Source: Phragmitibacter sp. (GTDB lineage: Bacteria; Verrucomicrobiota; Verrucomicrobiia; Verrucomicrobiales; Verrucomicrobiaceae). From it: a stretch of DNA of 64,000 bases. The stretch covers positions 456,836 to 520,835 of the forward strand of contig OZ260079.1 of assembly GCA_965284365.1 (NCBI GenBank), read 5' to 3'. Shown here piece by piece: positions 1 to 9,095 of this stretch. Under the pieces are notes generated by a model. That model saw nothing but the letters and a program-made list of their open reading frames with translations, searched no databases and had not been told where the DNA came from. Position numbers and translations under genes: made by a program. Each line of letters begins with the position of its first letter. The first letter of the stretch is position 1.

Positions 1-2
1 AA

Positions 3-2093
3 GCCGCCAAGGAGCCGGAAGTTGAGCTGCCTTCTTCGCCACCAGAGGTTGTTTCAGTTCAAGCCCCGGATCCGGATCCGACCGAGTCAATCTCAGTGGA
101 AGTGCATGCCACTGCGGTGGCTGCTTTGGCAAGTGTTACGATACCAACACCAAAACCGGCACCGGTACCAACGCCGCCGTCATCTCCACCTGCACAGGAT
201 CTTCTTCAATCTTTACCGAAAGCGACGGGGCCGGTTGCCTCTCTTCCCTTGCCGACGAAAGCGCCATCGCGAGGCCGGCCCGACTTGCCGACTGCTTTTG
301 CTTCCACGCTGGAGTTGCCCCCTCTGCCTGCGATTGTTGCTGGAACTGAAAGCAAGGCGTTCACCGTATGGACGGAGGATGGTTGGCAGCCAACCCCTGT
401 CAGGTCATGGAAACAGCCTCCGGCCCGGGCATTCACGGTTTGGACGGAATATGTGCCCGTCATCATCCCGAAAGAGAAGCCTGCGCTTCCGGCAGGTGTG
501 TTTGTGACGTCACCGTCTCAGACACACACTCTTTCGGCCATCGCCGCCCTGCCCCTCATGCAGGACCCGCTGCCGGTGGAGCCGATGATCGTGGTCGATA
601 CTCCGCCGTCTGACTATGCTCCTCCATTTCCTCCTCCAAGTCAGGCCTTCGGCATTTGGACAGAGGAAAGCTGGCAGGCACCGTCATACTCCATCGCGCC
701 GCTTCCTGCCGGAGCAGGATTCTCCGTGTGGACGGACCACGGCTTTGAGCCAAGAGGCCGCAGCCCCCTGCCAGCGAGCCAGGCTTTCTCTGTCTGGACT
801 GAATCGGACTGGGTGATTCCCTTCGTATCACAGCCCCCCGCGCCATCCAGCGCGGCGTTCTCGCTTTGGACAGAGCCAGATTTTTCACCGCTGGGCCGAG
901 GGGCAATCATCCCGAGCACGGCCTTCAGTGTCTGGACGGAGCCAGGTTGGGAGCCTACTCCTGTTTATGGAGTTCCATTACCGCCCAGCCAGGCATTCTC
1001 GATCTGGACCCTGCCAGAATTTGAACCTCTGGGGCGGGGCCCGGTGATGCCCAGCCAAGCGTTTTGTGTTTGGACGGAAGCGGATTGGATTCCGTCTGTC
1101 TCTCCTTCATTTGTGTTACCCTCCAGCACAGCGTTTTCGATTTGGACGCTTCCGGAGTTCACGCCCCTGGCGAGAGGTCCTGTCCAACCCAGCCGAGCTT
1201 TCAGTTTGTGGATCGGGGAACCACCTGAACCTCAGGCAGCCATTACGTCCGCCGGAGTGAACGGTGTTTCCCCCCATCCCGCAGCGCCACCCGCGCCGGA
1301 AGCGAATTTTGTCCCTCCAGCCGCGCCCGCCAAAGCCAAGCATTCCAGCCAAAGCGCCATTGCCGCCGCGGCCGCAGCGGCCGTGAAGTCGGTTTCAACT
1401 CCTGTCCTCGGGAGCACTGCTGAGCAGCAGGCCGCAGCAGGTTCTGTAACCGTCGCGAAGGGGCAGCCGACTGGCAGAATCGTGCCTCGCAGCAGTTCCT
1501 CTCTCTTCTCACGAGCCTTTGCCGCGCTGAAAAGTGGTCTTGGCATTTTGCCGGACGCCATTTCACCGCCGCCGACCATTGTTGCGAAGCCAACCTCCGC
1601 CCCCAAGCCAGAGTCGCCGAAAATTTCGAAGAGCAAGGCTTTCACCCTTTGGACGGAAGCTCCGGCAGCGCCCGTTGTGCCGCCGGTTCGGCAGCGGGAA
1701 GCCCTGGCATCCATCATCGAGAGCCACTTCGCCTCAACCCCTGACTCCGTGACGCACGCAGTTCCGACCAATGCGATCGAGGCCTTTCAATCGGAGCTGC
1801 GAAACGGACTCATGCGCAATGATTTCCTGCTGGGTATGTTATACTTGCAGAAGCCTGCAGATGCTGATGATCTGACGCAGCTTCATGGGATCGCAGAGAC
1901 TTTGGAAAGGCACCTGCACAACCACGGGATTTTTACCTTCAAGCAGATTGCCTGGTGGACGCCGGACCAAGTGGAGAACTTTTCGCATCGTCTGGCGTTT
2001 GGTGATCGGATTCGCCGGGAGCGCTGGGTGGAACAAGCCAAAGCGCTACAAGCGGCAAAGACTGCGCCGCCCGCGCAGGAACGCGCGGTTTGA
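3..2093 (+). CDS. Pro-rich tandem-repeat protein with a helix-hairpin-helix-like C-terminal domain. It is 5'-partial: the frame is open to the window start.
   Basis: The 96..2093 frame has no stop back to nt 3, so the listed GTG at 96 is probably internal. It has about 12 copies of a ~22-24 aa unit with core 'QAFS(V/I)WTEP(D/G)W', spaced 66/72 nt across nt ~350-1240, plus one further copy at ~1637. The C-terminus 'DDLTQLHGIAETLERHLHNHGIFTFKQIAWWTPDQVENF' resembles a helix-hairpin-helix motif. Confidence 0.6.
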   Translation, partial: AAKEPEVELPSSPPEVVSVQAPDPDPTESISVEVHATAVAALASVTIPTPKPAPVPTPPSSPPAQDLLQSLPKATGPVASLPLPTKAPSRGRPDLPTAFASTLELPPLPAIVAGTESKAFTVWTEDGWQPTPVRSWKQPPARAFTVWTEYVPVIIPKEKPALPAGVFVTSPSQTHTLSAIAALPLMQDPLPVEPMIVVDTPPSDYAPPFPPPSQAFGIWTEESWQAPSYSIAPLPAGAGFSVWTDHGFEPRGRSPLPASQAFSVWTESDWVIPFVSQPPAPSSAAFSLWTEPDFSPLGRGAIIPSTAFSVWTEPGWEPTPVYGVPLPPSQAFSIWTLPEFEPLGRGPVMPSQAFCVWTEADWIPSVSPSFVLPSSTAFSIWTLPEFTPLARGPVQPSRAFSLWIGEPPEPQAAITSAGVNGVSPHPAAPPAPEANFVPPAAPAKAKHSSQSAIAAAAAAAVKSVSTPVLGSTAEQQAAAGSVTVAKGQPTGRIVPRSSSSLFSRAFAALKSGLGILPDAISPPPTIVAKPTSAPKPESPKISKSKAFTLWTEAPAAPVVPPVRQREALASIIESHFASTPDSVTHAVPTNAIEAFQSELRNGLMRNDFLLGMLYLQKPADADDLTQLHGIAETLERHLHNHGIFTFKQIAWWTPDQVENFSHRLAFGDRIRRERWVEQAKALQAAKTAPPAQERAV

Positions 2094-2334
2094 CCCGTCT
2101 CCTTTTAAATGGCCCAAAGGCGGGCGCGGAAAAGGCTCATTTAACTTGGATGTCCGTATTATAAATATCTATTATACAAATGGACGATTCTGTCTAGAAT
2201 GCGCGCGCAATCGGCCGAGCGGAAGGCTGATTGTGGCCAGCCGAGCAGCGGTGTCAGCGCGATTTGTTTCCACCTTGCCTTGACGTTGTGAGGCTCCCCC
2301 CATTTATTTTCCGACTGCATACCTTTAACTACTC

Positions 2335-3246
2335 ATGAGCAAACCGACACTTCTGATTTTGGCAGCCGGGATGGGCAGCCGTTACGGCGGCTTAAAACAA
2401 TTGGATCCCATGGGGCCCGCAGGGGAGACTGTGTTGGACTACTCCGTGTTCGACGCGCTGAGAGGTGGTTTTGGCAAAGTGGTTTTCGTGATCCGCAAAG
2501 ACTTCGAAGAAGATTTCAAAACGAAGATCGGCAGCAAGTTCGACCAGAAGGTGCCAGTCCATTACGCCTTCCAGGCACTGGATGATCTGCCAGCAGGATT
2601 TACGGTTCCTGAAGGACGCACCAAGCCATGGGGCACAACGCAAGCCGTTCTGGCAGCAGAAAGCGAGATCAATGAGCCTTTCGCGATGATCAACGCTGAT
2701 GACTTTTACGGGCGTGATGCTTTTGCCAAGCTGGCGGCGAATCTGCAGACCCTCACGCCGAAAGACGGCAAGTCCCAGTATTCCATGGTGGGCTTCCAAC
2801 TGAAGAACACGCTTTCGGAACACGGCAGCGTGGCGCGTGGCGTCTGCACCAGCAAGGACGGCAAGCTGGCATCCGTGACCGAGATGACGAAGATCGTGAA
2901 GAAGCCGACCGGGGCCACCAATGAAGAAGATCCCGCGAACCCTGTAGAACTGACCGGCAATGAACTGGTGAGCATGAACTTCTGGGGCTTCACGCCAGAG
3001 ATTTTCCCGCAGCTTCATGAAGCGTTTGAAAAGTTCCTTAAGGCGCATGGGACTGAGGAGAAGTCCGAGTGCTATGTCCCCAAGGAAGTGGACGTGCTGA
3101 TCAATCAGGGTAAGGCGGATGTGGAAGTGCTGGAGACGAGCAGTTCCTGGTTTGGCGTGACGTATCCTGAGGATAAGGCTGTGGTAGTTGGGAGCATCAA
3201 GAAGCTGACGGATGCGGGAGAGTATCCTTCGCCGTTGTGGGGTTGA
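2335..3246 (+). CDS. sugar-phosphate nucleotidyltransferase (NTP_transferase family)
   Basis: N-terminal 'LILAAGMGSRYGG' matches the G-x-G-(T/S)-R nucleotide-binding signature of glucose-1-phosphate nucleotidyltransferase-like enzymes. 303 aa. Good codon periodicity. Confidence 0.65.
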   Translation: MSKPTLLILAAGMGSRYGGLKQLDPMGPAGETVLDYSVFDALRGGFGKVVFVIRKDFEEDFKTKIGSKFDQKVPVHYAFQALDDLPAGFTVPEGRTKPWGTTQAVLAAESEINEPFAMINADDFYGRDAFAKLAANLQTLTPKDGKSQYSMVGFQLKNTLSEHGSVARGVCTSKDGKLASVTEMTKIVKKPTGATNEEDPANPVELTGNELVSMNFWGFTPEIFPQLHEAFEKFLKAHGTEEKSECYVPKEVDVLINQGKADVEVLETSSSWFGVTYPEDKAVVVGSIKKLTDAGEYPSPLWG

Positions 3247-3404
3247 GGGCACTGCTTGGCTCGGGTGTTTGCCCGACTCTGAGATAGAATTCGTGTTTTT
3301 TGTTTTTGGATTGGCGATGGTTCCGTTGCGACGGGGCCATCGCCAATGTGTTTGAAGGGTGGTGCGATGGAGAGGGCTTCCGTTTGGTGAGTCTGGGACG
3401 GATT

Positions 3405-3490
3405 GAGGTCGGGAGTGGGCGGTATGCTTTCCTACCCGTCGGAGCAAGCTCCTCCAACCGAGCGGTAGCGAGCTACCGCACTCCGGGTCG
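3405..3490. repeat. ~85-nt structured intergenic repeat, copy 1
   Basis: Near-identical framework to 7993..8078: 'gtcgggagtgggc...cccgtcg..gcaagctcct..caac.ga.cggt.gc.agc.accgcactccggg'. The closing stem is ggagtg/cactcc, with internal hairpins. Confidence 0.5.
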
Positions 3491-3617
3491 GTTGGCTGGA
3501 TGTCGTATAGAGTGGGGAGTGTGTGAGGGGCTGGCGACGAAGTTGGCGTCCCGGAGGGCCGCCACCACTATAATAAAGGAAACAATGGTGAGGGAGGTGG
3601 CGTTTGCTTGATCCGTC

Positions 3618-4481
3618 ATGTTCCGGCTCATCGCACTGCTTCTTTTTGTCTCGGTATCCTTGGCTTCGGCCATTGATGATTACAAGCTTGGTCCCCTTTC
3701 ACAGGAGGATGCCGCGGTGCCGAAAGGCAACGTCATTCCCATGCCGCCGATTGCGGACTCGAAGATTTATCCGGGCACTTCGCGGGACTGGTGGATCTAT
3801 GTGCCGGCGCAGTATGATGGGGCAAAACCAGCCGCCCTGATGGTGTTCCAGGATGGGCATGACTATGTGAAAGCCACTGGCGCGTGGCGGGTTCCCACGG
3901 TGTTCGACAATCTCATCGCCAAGGGGGAGATGCCTGTGACAATCGCGGTCTTCATCAATCCCGGACATGATACCTCCATCAAACCACCGGAGTCGGCCTG
4001 GAGGGTGAGCAACCGCAGTGTGGAATACAATTCGCTAGGGGGTGCGTATGCCAAATTCCTTCTGGAGGAGGTGCTACCTCACGTGACGAAGGACTACAAG
4101 TTGACCGATGATCCCAATCAGCGGGCTATCGGTGGGGCTAGCAGCGGGGCAATTGCGGCATTCAATGTGGCGTGGGAACGCCCCGAAAAATTCCGCAAGG
4201 TGTTCTCCACGATTGGAAGCTATGTGGATCTGCGGGGCGGACACGCGTTCCCCTACCTGATTCGCACAACGGAGCGCAAACCCATCCGGGTGTTTCTGCA
4301 GGACGGAGAGAATGATTTGGACAATCCCTATGGCAACTGGCCGCTGGCCAACAAGATGATGGATGCATCCCTAACGTTCATGGGGTACGACCATAAGTTT
4401 GTGCTTGGAAATGGCCAGCACAACAGCAAGCATGGCGGCGCCATTTTTCCTGAAGCCATGCAGTGGCTGTGGCGGAAGTAG
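3618..4481 (+). CDS. secreted esterase (putative esterase/enterochelin-esterase-like alpha/beta hydrolase)
   Basis: Has a signal peptide. 'GGASSGAIAAFNVAW' nucleophile-elbow motif. Family-typical 'LMVFQDGHDY'. Confidence 0.6.
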   Translation: MFRLIALLLFVSVSLASAIDDYKLGPLSQEDAAVPKGNVIPMPPIADSKIYPGTSRDWWIYVPAQYDGAKPAALMVFQDGHDYVKATGAWRVPTVFDNLIAKGEMPVTIAVFINPGHDTSIKPPESAWRVSNRSVEYNSLGGAYAKFLLEEVLPHVTKDYKLTDDPNQRAIGGASSGAIAAFNVAWERPEKFRKVFSTIGSYVDLRGGHAFPYLIRTTERKPIRVFLQDGENDLDNPYGNWPLANKMMDASLTFMGYDHKFVLGNGQHNSKHGGAIFPEAMQWLWRK

Positions 4482-4531
4482 CACCGGCTTGTCGCCTATT
4501 TTGATATCGTCATCGCTCACGCAATCTGCTT

Positions 4532-5434
4532 ATGAAGCCTTCCTTGTTTCTTATCGCCCTGACTGCCCTCGCTGGCATCACCCTGCACGCCCAAGACACT
4601 TCGCTGAAGGACAACCTGACGCCGGATGGAAAATGGGAATTGGCAGTGGAGGGTTACACGTTCACCGACGGCCTGGCCTCGGATGTGGCGGGGAATCTTC
4701 TCTTCTCCGATGTGAAGGAAGGCAAGGGTATCTATGTGCTGGGGCTGGATGGGAAGTCCTCTCTGCTGCATGACAATCTGCCGGGCGTAAGTGGCGTGCA
4801 TGTGGCCCAAGACGGCCGCATCTTTGCCTGCCAGAGCAAATTGGGACGCGTGATTTCCATCGGAAAGGACGGAGTGGTGAAAGAGTTGATCGCAGGCGTG
4901 AAGCCGAATGATCTGATCGTAACTCCAAGCGGTGTGGTGTATTTCACCGAAACAGGTTCCGGGCGGATCCATGCGATCCTGCCGGATGGCAAAGCCCTGG
5001 TGGCCGACGAAGGTCACGTGACAAAACCCAATGGCATTACCATTTCACCCGATGGCTCGACGCTCGCAGTGTCCGAGCATGGTGGCAAGAAAGTGTGGGC
5101 CTGGCAGATTCAACCGGACGGCACGCTGAAAGGCGCGGAAGCCTACATGACGCTGGAAGTGTCCCCTAACAATGCAAAGGGTGAAGCGCTGGGTGACGGC
5201 GGAACGACGGATGAGAAGGGCCGGTATTACTTCACCTCCGAGTCAGGCATTCAGGTCTTCGACTCCATGGGACGTCTCTCGGGTGTGATTGCCAAACCCT
5301 TCCCAGAGGCAAAAATTGTAAGTGCGGAATTCGCCGGAGAAGGGCATGCGTGGCTATTCATGGCTGCTGGCGACAAGATCTTCAAGCGCCGCATGAACAC
5401 GGCTGGAGCATGGTGGAAAGCCGCCGGGAAGTGA
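4532..5434 (+). CDS. SMP-30/gluconolactonase/LRE-like six-bladed beta-propeller protein, secreted
   Basis: Signal peptide 'MKPSLFLIALTALAGITLHA'. Repeated 'DG..Y(F)T' blade motifs: 'PSGVVYFTE', 'ITISPDGSTLAVSE', 'DEKGRYYFTS'. Confidence 0.55.
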   Translation: MKPSLFLIALTALAGITLHAQDTSLKDNLTPDGKWELAVEGYTFTDGLASDVAGNLLFSDVKEGKGIYVLGLDGKSSLLHDNLPGVSGVHVAQDGRIFACQSKLGRVISIGKDGVVKELIAGVKPNDLIVTPSGVVYFTETGSGRIHAILPDGKALVADEGHVTKPNGITISPDGSTLAVSEHGGKKVWAWQIQPDGTLKGAEAYMTLEVSPNNAKGEALGDGGTTDEKGRYYFTSESGIQVFDSMGRLSGVIAKPFPEAKIVSAEFAGEGHAWLFMAAGDKIFKRRMNTAGAWWKAAGK

Positions 5435-5518
5435 TTTTCCTACATAAGATTGTGGGGTTTTGGCCTGGAATTGCATTCCGTGCTTGCCAATTACCACAAC
5501 CTGAGGTGATTAGGGGCA

Positions 5519-7270
5519 ATGAGGCCAGCCTGGCTGAAATTTCCCCCTCCCCTCAGCATCACGATCCCCGCACTGGTCCTGGTGATCTGTTTCGTCGGCA
5601 TCCTCGTCAACGCTGCGATTCTGGCCAGATACAACGAGTCGGACGCTGAATTGCGAGCTCAACAGGTCGCTGCAGACCAGGCGAGGCGACTGGCAAAAAT
5701 TGAGGAGAAGGGCGTGCCCGATGGTGTTCTGGCGAGCGAAGCCGTTTATCTGGCGAGTTCCCCTGCCATTCTATGGATGGGCGTTTGTGATGCCGATGGC
5801 GCGATCCTGACTTCTACCAAACCAGAGTGGCAGGGCAAGAATTTGACTGAGGTGGAGAATGGCAAACTGGTGCCGTTGCTGAAAAGAACGCTAATCACCA
5901 ACAACCCATCTACCCTGACGGATGGAGAAACCCATCATGCGGCCTCCCACCCCATCAGCAGCCCGAAGATCGACAAGCCGCTTTTTGTCATCGTGGATCG
6001 CAGCATCAGCGATCCTGTGCTGGCATTGAAGCGATCCAGCGCGCTACGACAGGCAAAAATTTCCTCTCTCGTGCTGGTCATTGCGTGTGGCTTCCTATGG
6101 GCTGTGCTCCACTACATTCTTTCCAAACGCATGCGGCAGTTTATGGGCAGTGCGAGGATAGCTGCGAGTTGGGCCAGCGAGGCAAAACCGCTCAGTGGCG
6201 CCGACGAATTTGCGCAGCTTTCCCGGGCCATCAAAGACAGTGAGAGCCTGTTCCACCAGATCGCCGAGCACAGCCGCGATGTGTTTTACATGCTCTCCCG
6301 GGAGCGGAAAGTTCTATATGTGAGTCCGGCCTACAAAGAGATATGGGGGGTGCCGGCAGGATTTTTTGAGAAAGACTTGCGACCCTGGCTCGACACCGTG
6401 GTTGAAGAGGACAGGCAACTTTTCCTCACCATGTTAGATCCCCTCTTCCAAAAGAATCCGCCTCCATACGTGATGGCTGAATACCGGATCCGGCGCCCGG
6501 ATGGCGGGGTGCGCTGGCTGGAGAGCCGCGCGTTCCCGGTGAACGACTCTGATGGCAACTTCTGCCGGATTGGCGGTCTGACGCAGGACATCACGGAGCG
6601 ACGCAAGCTGGAAAAGGAAGTGCTGGACGTCAGTGACAAAGAACGCCGCAGGCTCGGGAATGATCTGCACGACGACCTCTGCCAACGGCTGGCGGCAATC
6701 AAACTACGCTGCGAACTGCTGGCCTCCTCCCTCGACATGCGCGACCCAATGATCCAGACGGATGCCCGGGAAATCAGCGCGCAGCTCGGAGAATCGGCCA
6801 TCCTCTGCCGCAATCTGGCCCGCGGCCTGTCCCCCGTAAATCTGGAAGGCGAGGGGCTCATGCATGCCCTGGAGAAACTGGTGATGACCTCCAAGAGCCT
6901 TTACAATGTGCTATGCTATTTTGAATGTCCCGAGCCGGTGGTGATCAACAACAACGTCACGGCAACGCATCTCTACCGGATCGCCCAGGAGCTGATTACC
7001 AATGCGGCCAAACATGCCATGCCGAGTCGGGTCTATGTGCGGCTGCTTAAAGGAGAAAAGCATGTGCGACTGGAAGTCACCAATGATGGCTCTGTTTTTG
7101 CTGAACCGGTACAAAACGACGACCAAGGCATGGGACTGCGCATCATCCGCTACCGCGCCTGCATCATCGGCGCGAGCGTCCAATTCCTGCGCCGGAGCCA
7201 TGGGATGGCCGGAACTGCGGCCATTTGCCTGGTGCCAGAAGCCGCTTGCGAATTTTCCCATACACGTTAG
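5519..7270 (+). CDS. sensor histidine kinase (NarX/DegS-like HisKA_3 family) with a PAS domain
   Basis: Two transmembrane segments. PAS region 'SLFHQIAEHSRDVFYML...RIRRPDGGVRWLESRAFPV'. H-box 'RRLGNDLHDDLCQRLAAIKL'. C-terminal HATPase region. Confidence 0.8.
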   Translation: MRPAWLKFPPPLSITIPALVLVICFVGILVNAAILARYNESDAELRAQQVAADQARRLAKIEEKGVPDGVLASEAVYLASSPAILWMGVCDADGAILTSTKPEWQGKNLTEVENGKLVPLLKRTLITNNPSTLTDGETHHAASHPISSPKIDKPLFVIVDRSISDPVLALKRSSALRQAKISSLVLVIACGFLWAVLHYILSKRMRQFMGSARIAASWASEAKPLSGADEFAQLSRAIKDSESLFHQIAEHSRDVFYMLSRERKVLYVSPAYKEIWGVPAGFFEKDLRPWLDTVVEEDRQLFLTMLDPLFQKNPPPYVMAEYRIRRPDGGVRWLESRAFPVNDSDGNFCRIGGLTQDITERRKLEKEVLDVSDKERRRLGNDLHDDLCQRLAAIKLRCELLASSLDMRDPMIQTDAREISAQLGESAILCRNLARGLSPVNLEGEGLMHALEKLVMTSKSLYNVLCYFECPEPVVINNNVTATHLYRIAQELITNAAKHAMPSRVYVRLLKGEKHVRLEVTNDGSVFAEPVQNDDQGMGLRIIRYRACIIGASVQFLRRSHGMAGTAAICLVPEAACEFSHTR

Positions 7271-7282
7271 TTCTTCTAATAA

Positions 7283-7978
7283 TTGTTCCTATCCCAACCT
7301 ATGGAAGTTGCCCAATCCGTTCACCGCATCGCCATTGTTGATGACCACCCAATGCTGCGTGCCGGTTTCCAGTCGCTCATTGACCGTCAACCGGACATGG
7401 AATGTGCGTGGGCTGCCACTGATACTCAGGAAGCATTGCAATTCATCGTGAGTGATCCGCCGGATGTTCTGACGGTGGATATTTCCCTGCCGGGGCGCAA
7501 TGGACTGGAACTGATCAAAGACACTTTGGCGCTCCAACCCAACCTCAGCATGCTGGTCATCTCCATGCATGATGAGAACTTTTATGCGCAACGCGTGCTA
7601 CGCGCCGGGGCCAAGGGTTACATCATGAAGACAGCGGGACTGGATGCGCTGCTGGCTGCCATCCGGACGGTTCTCTCCGGGCAGCGGTATGTCAGCCCGA
7701 TCATGAGTGCGCAGATTATGGATGCCTTTTCCAGTGGTGGAGCGGTCCGGCAGACTGATGGCGTGCAGCGGCTGAGCGACCGTGAGTTTGAAGTGTTCCA
7801 ATTGATCAGCGAGGGGAAAAGCACGATCCAGATCGGCGAGATCCTCAACATCTCTGCGAAGACCGCGGAGGTGCATCGCTCCCATATCCGCGACAAGCTT
7901 AACCTGGAAGACGGAGCTTCCGTGATGCGGTTTGCAGTGCGGTGGGCGGAGAGCCAGAGGTTGGGCGTGCCGCTGTAG
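7283..7978 (+). CDS. NarL/LuxR-family response regulator
   Basis: Receiver domain 'IAIVDDHPMLRAGF...VDISLPGRNGLEL'. C-terminal LuxR helix-turn-helix 'LSDREFEVFQLISEGKSTIQIGEILNISAKTAEVHRSHI'. Adjacent to the histidine kinase. Confidence 0.85.
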   Translation: MFLSQPMEVAQSVHRIAIVDDHPMLRAGFQSLIDRQPDMECAWAATDTQEALQFIVSDPPDVLTVDISLPGRNGLELIKDTLALQPNLSMLVISMHDENFYAQRVLRAGAKGYIMKTAGLDALLAAIRTVLSGQRYVSPIMSAQIMDAFSSGGAVRQTDGVQRLSDREFEVFQLISEGKSTIQIGEILNISAKTAEVHRSHIRDKLNLEDGASVMRFAVRWAESQRLGVPL

Positions 7979-7992
7979 GAGGGTTGGAGTTA

Positions 7993-8078
7993 GATGATGT
8001 CGGGAGTGGGCCTGTGCGGCTCCGCGCCCGTCGTGGCAAGCTCCTTCAACTGAACGGTGGCAAGCGACCGCACTCCGG
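7993..8078. repeat. ~85-nt structured intergenic repeat, copy 2
   Basis: Second copy of the 3405..3490 element. It begins 14 nt after the response-regulator stop. Confidence 0.5.
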
Positions 8079-8117
8079 GACAAGGGTGCGACAACGATCA
8101 AGGCAAGTGCTTGAGCA

Positions 8118-9095
8118 CTAGTCTTTGATGTGTTTCTCCAGCCAGTGGGTGGCGTCTTTTAAGACTTCGTCACGCTGTTTGTCGTGGAGGAGGAGGTGAT
8201 AGGATTCGCGATACCAGTTGATGGTCTTGTCCTCGCTGCCGATGGCTTCGTGAAGATCCTGAATCTGCTGTTCGCTGGCAATGACGTCATTGGGGCTGGC
8301 GAGGATCAAGACGGGCACTCGAAGCTTACGCGCTGAGGCGGGAGCGGTGCGCATCATCTTATCTACTTCGCCGAGGAGCCGCAGCGAAAAGGTCTTCACG
8401 AAGTGCGAGGTGACGGCCATCTGAGCGCCGTAGGTGGTGTCATGGGTAACTCGGATGTTCTTGTCATCCACACCTGCGAGACGCTCGAGGTTCACACGTG
8501 CCCAAGGGAGGGCTTTAACTGCGGCCGTGAGCGCTGCCGACTTCAGTCCTGAGGGTCGGAGCCGCAATCCGGCGGCTGGGGCGGACATGATGATACCGTC
8601 AGGATGAGTGTGGGAATCGGGCATCAACTCCGTAACCGTGTGCATGGCGATGAGGGTGCCCAGGCTCTCAGCATACCAATAGACAGGCACGCCGGGGTGT
8701 CTGGCCCGAATCAACTCGTGGAAGGTCAGCAAGTCTTTCTGCCAGACTGGGGCGGAGGCGATGTTGCCGCGCTGGCCTTTGTCCGGGTCATTGCCCTGGC
8801 CGCGCAGTTGCAAACCATAGACATCAATGCCGCGCGGAGGCCACTCTTCATCCAGCATCCAGAAGTCAGAGGATGCGCCACTGAGGCCGTGAATGGTGAT
8901 GACGACGGCGCGGGGTTTACCTTTGACCTCATTGCCGGGGTGCCACGGCATGACTTTGCCGTCATAGCTGCGCCACTGTTTTTCGAAGAGTTGCGGTTTC
9001 ACAGAGGTGCGGCCCACGCCTGCGCATCCGGTGAGGAGCAGGCCAAGCCAAAAGAGTAAAAGCTGGGCGGAGCCTCGTTTACAGTCCCAAGACAT
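8118..9095 (-). CDS. lipoprotein alpha/beta hydrolase (lysophospholipase / serine aminopeptidase S33-like)
   Basis: Real start is at the internal ATG (9095), giving the lipoprotein signal 'MSWDCKRGSAQLLLFWLGLLLTGC'. 'ITIHGLSGASSDFW' and 'YWYAESLGTLIAM' (GxSxG). The upstream 50 codons of the listed ORF overlap the neighbouring gene. Confidence 0.6.
   Translation of the reverse strand: MSWDCKRGSAQLLLFWLGLLLTGCAGVGRTSVKPQLFEKQWRSYDGKVMPWHPGNEVKGKPRAVVITIHGLSGASSDFWMLDEEWPPRGIDVYGLQLRGQGNDPDKGQRGNIASAPVWQKDLLTFHELIRARHPGVPVYWYAESLGTLIAMHTVTELMPDSHTHPDGIIMSAPAAGLRLRPSGLKSAALTAAVKALPWARVNLERLAGVDDKNIRVTHDTTYGAQMAVTSHFVKTFSLRLLGEVDKMMRTAPASARKLRVPVLILASPNDVIASEQQIQDLHEAIGSEDKTINWYRESYHLLLHDKQRDEVLKDATHWLEKHIKD

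Noticed and set aside
22-507. 161-aa ORF at the window start
   Set aside because: An alternative frame of the tandem-repeat protein gene. The translation is Arg-rich nonsense, while the 3..2093 frame shows the periodic repeat structure.
3300-3360. Hairpin 'ggcgatgg...ccatcgcc' preceded by a T-run, considered as a terminator of the nucleotidyltransferase gene
   Set aside because: The T-tract lies 5' of the stem on the plus strand, and no minus-strand gene ends here. The orientation is wrong for an intrinsic terminator. A weaker tcggg/cccga stem at ~3263-3278 is the more likely candidate, but it is too short to call.
2392-3447. 351-aa ORF antisense to the nucleotidyltransferase gene
   Set aside because: It lies entirely within and opposite a well-supported CDS. 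It is Arg/His/Pro-rich, which is the usual product of reading a high-GC gene backwards. No motif.
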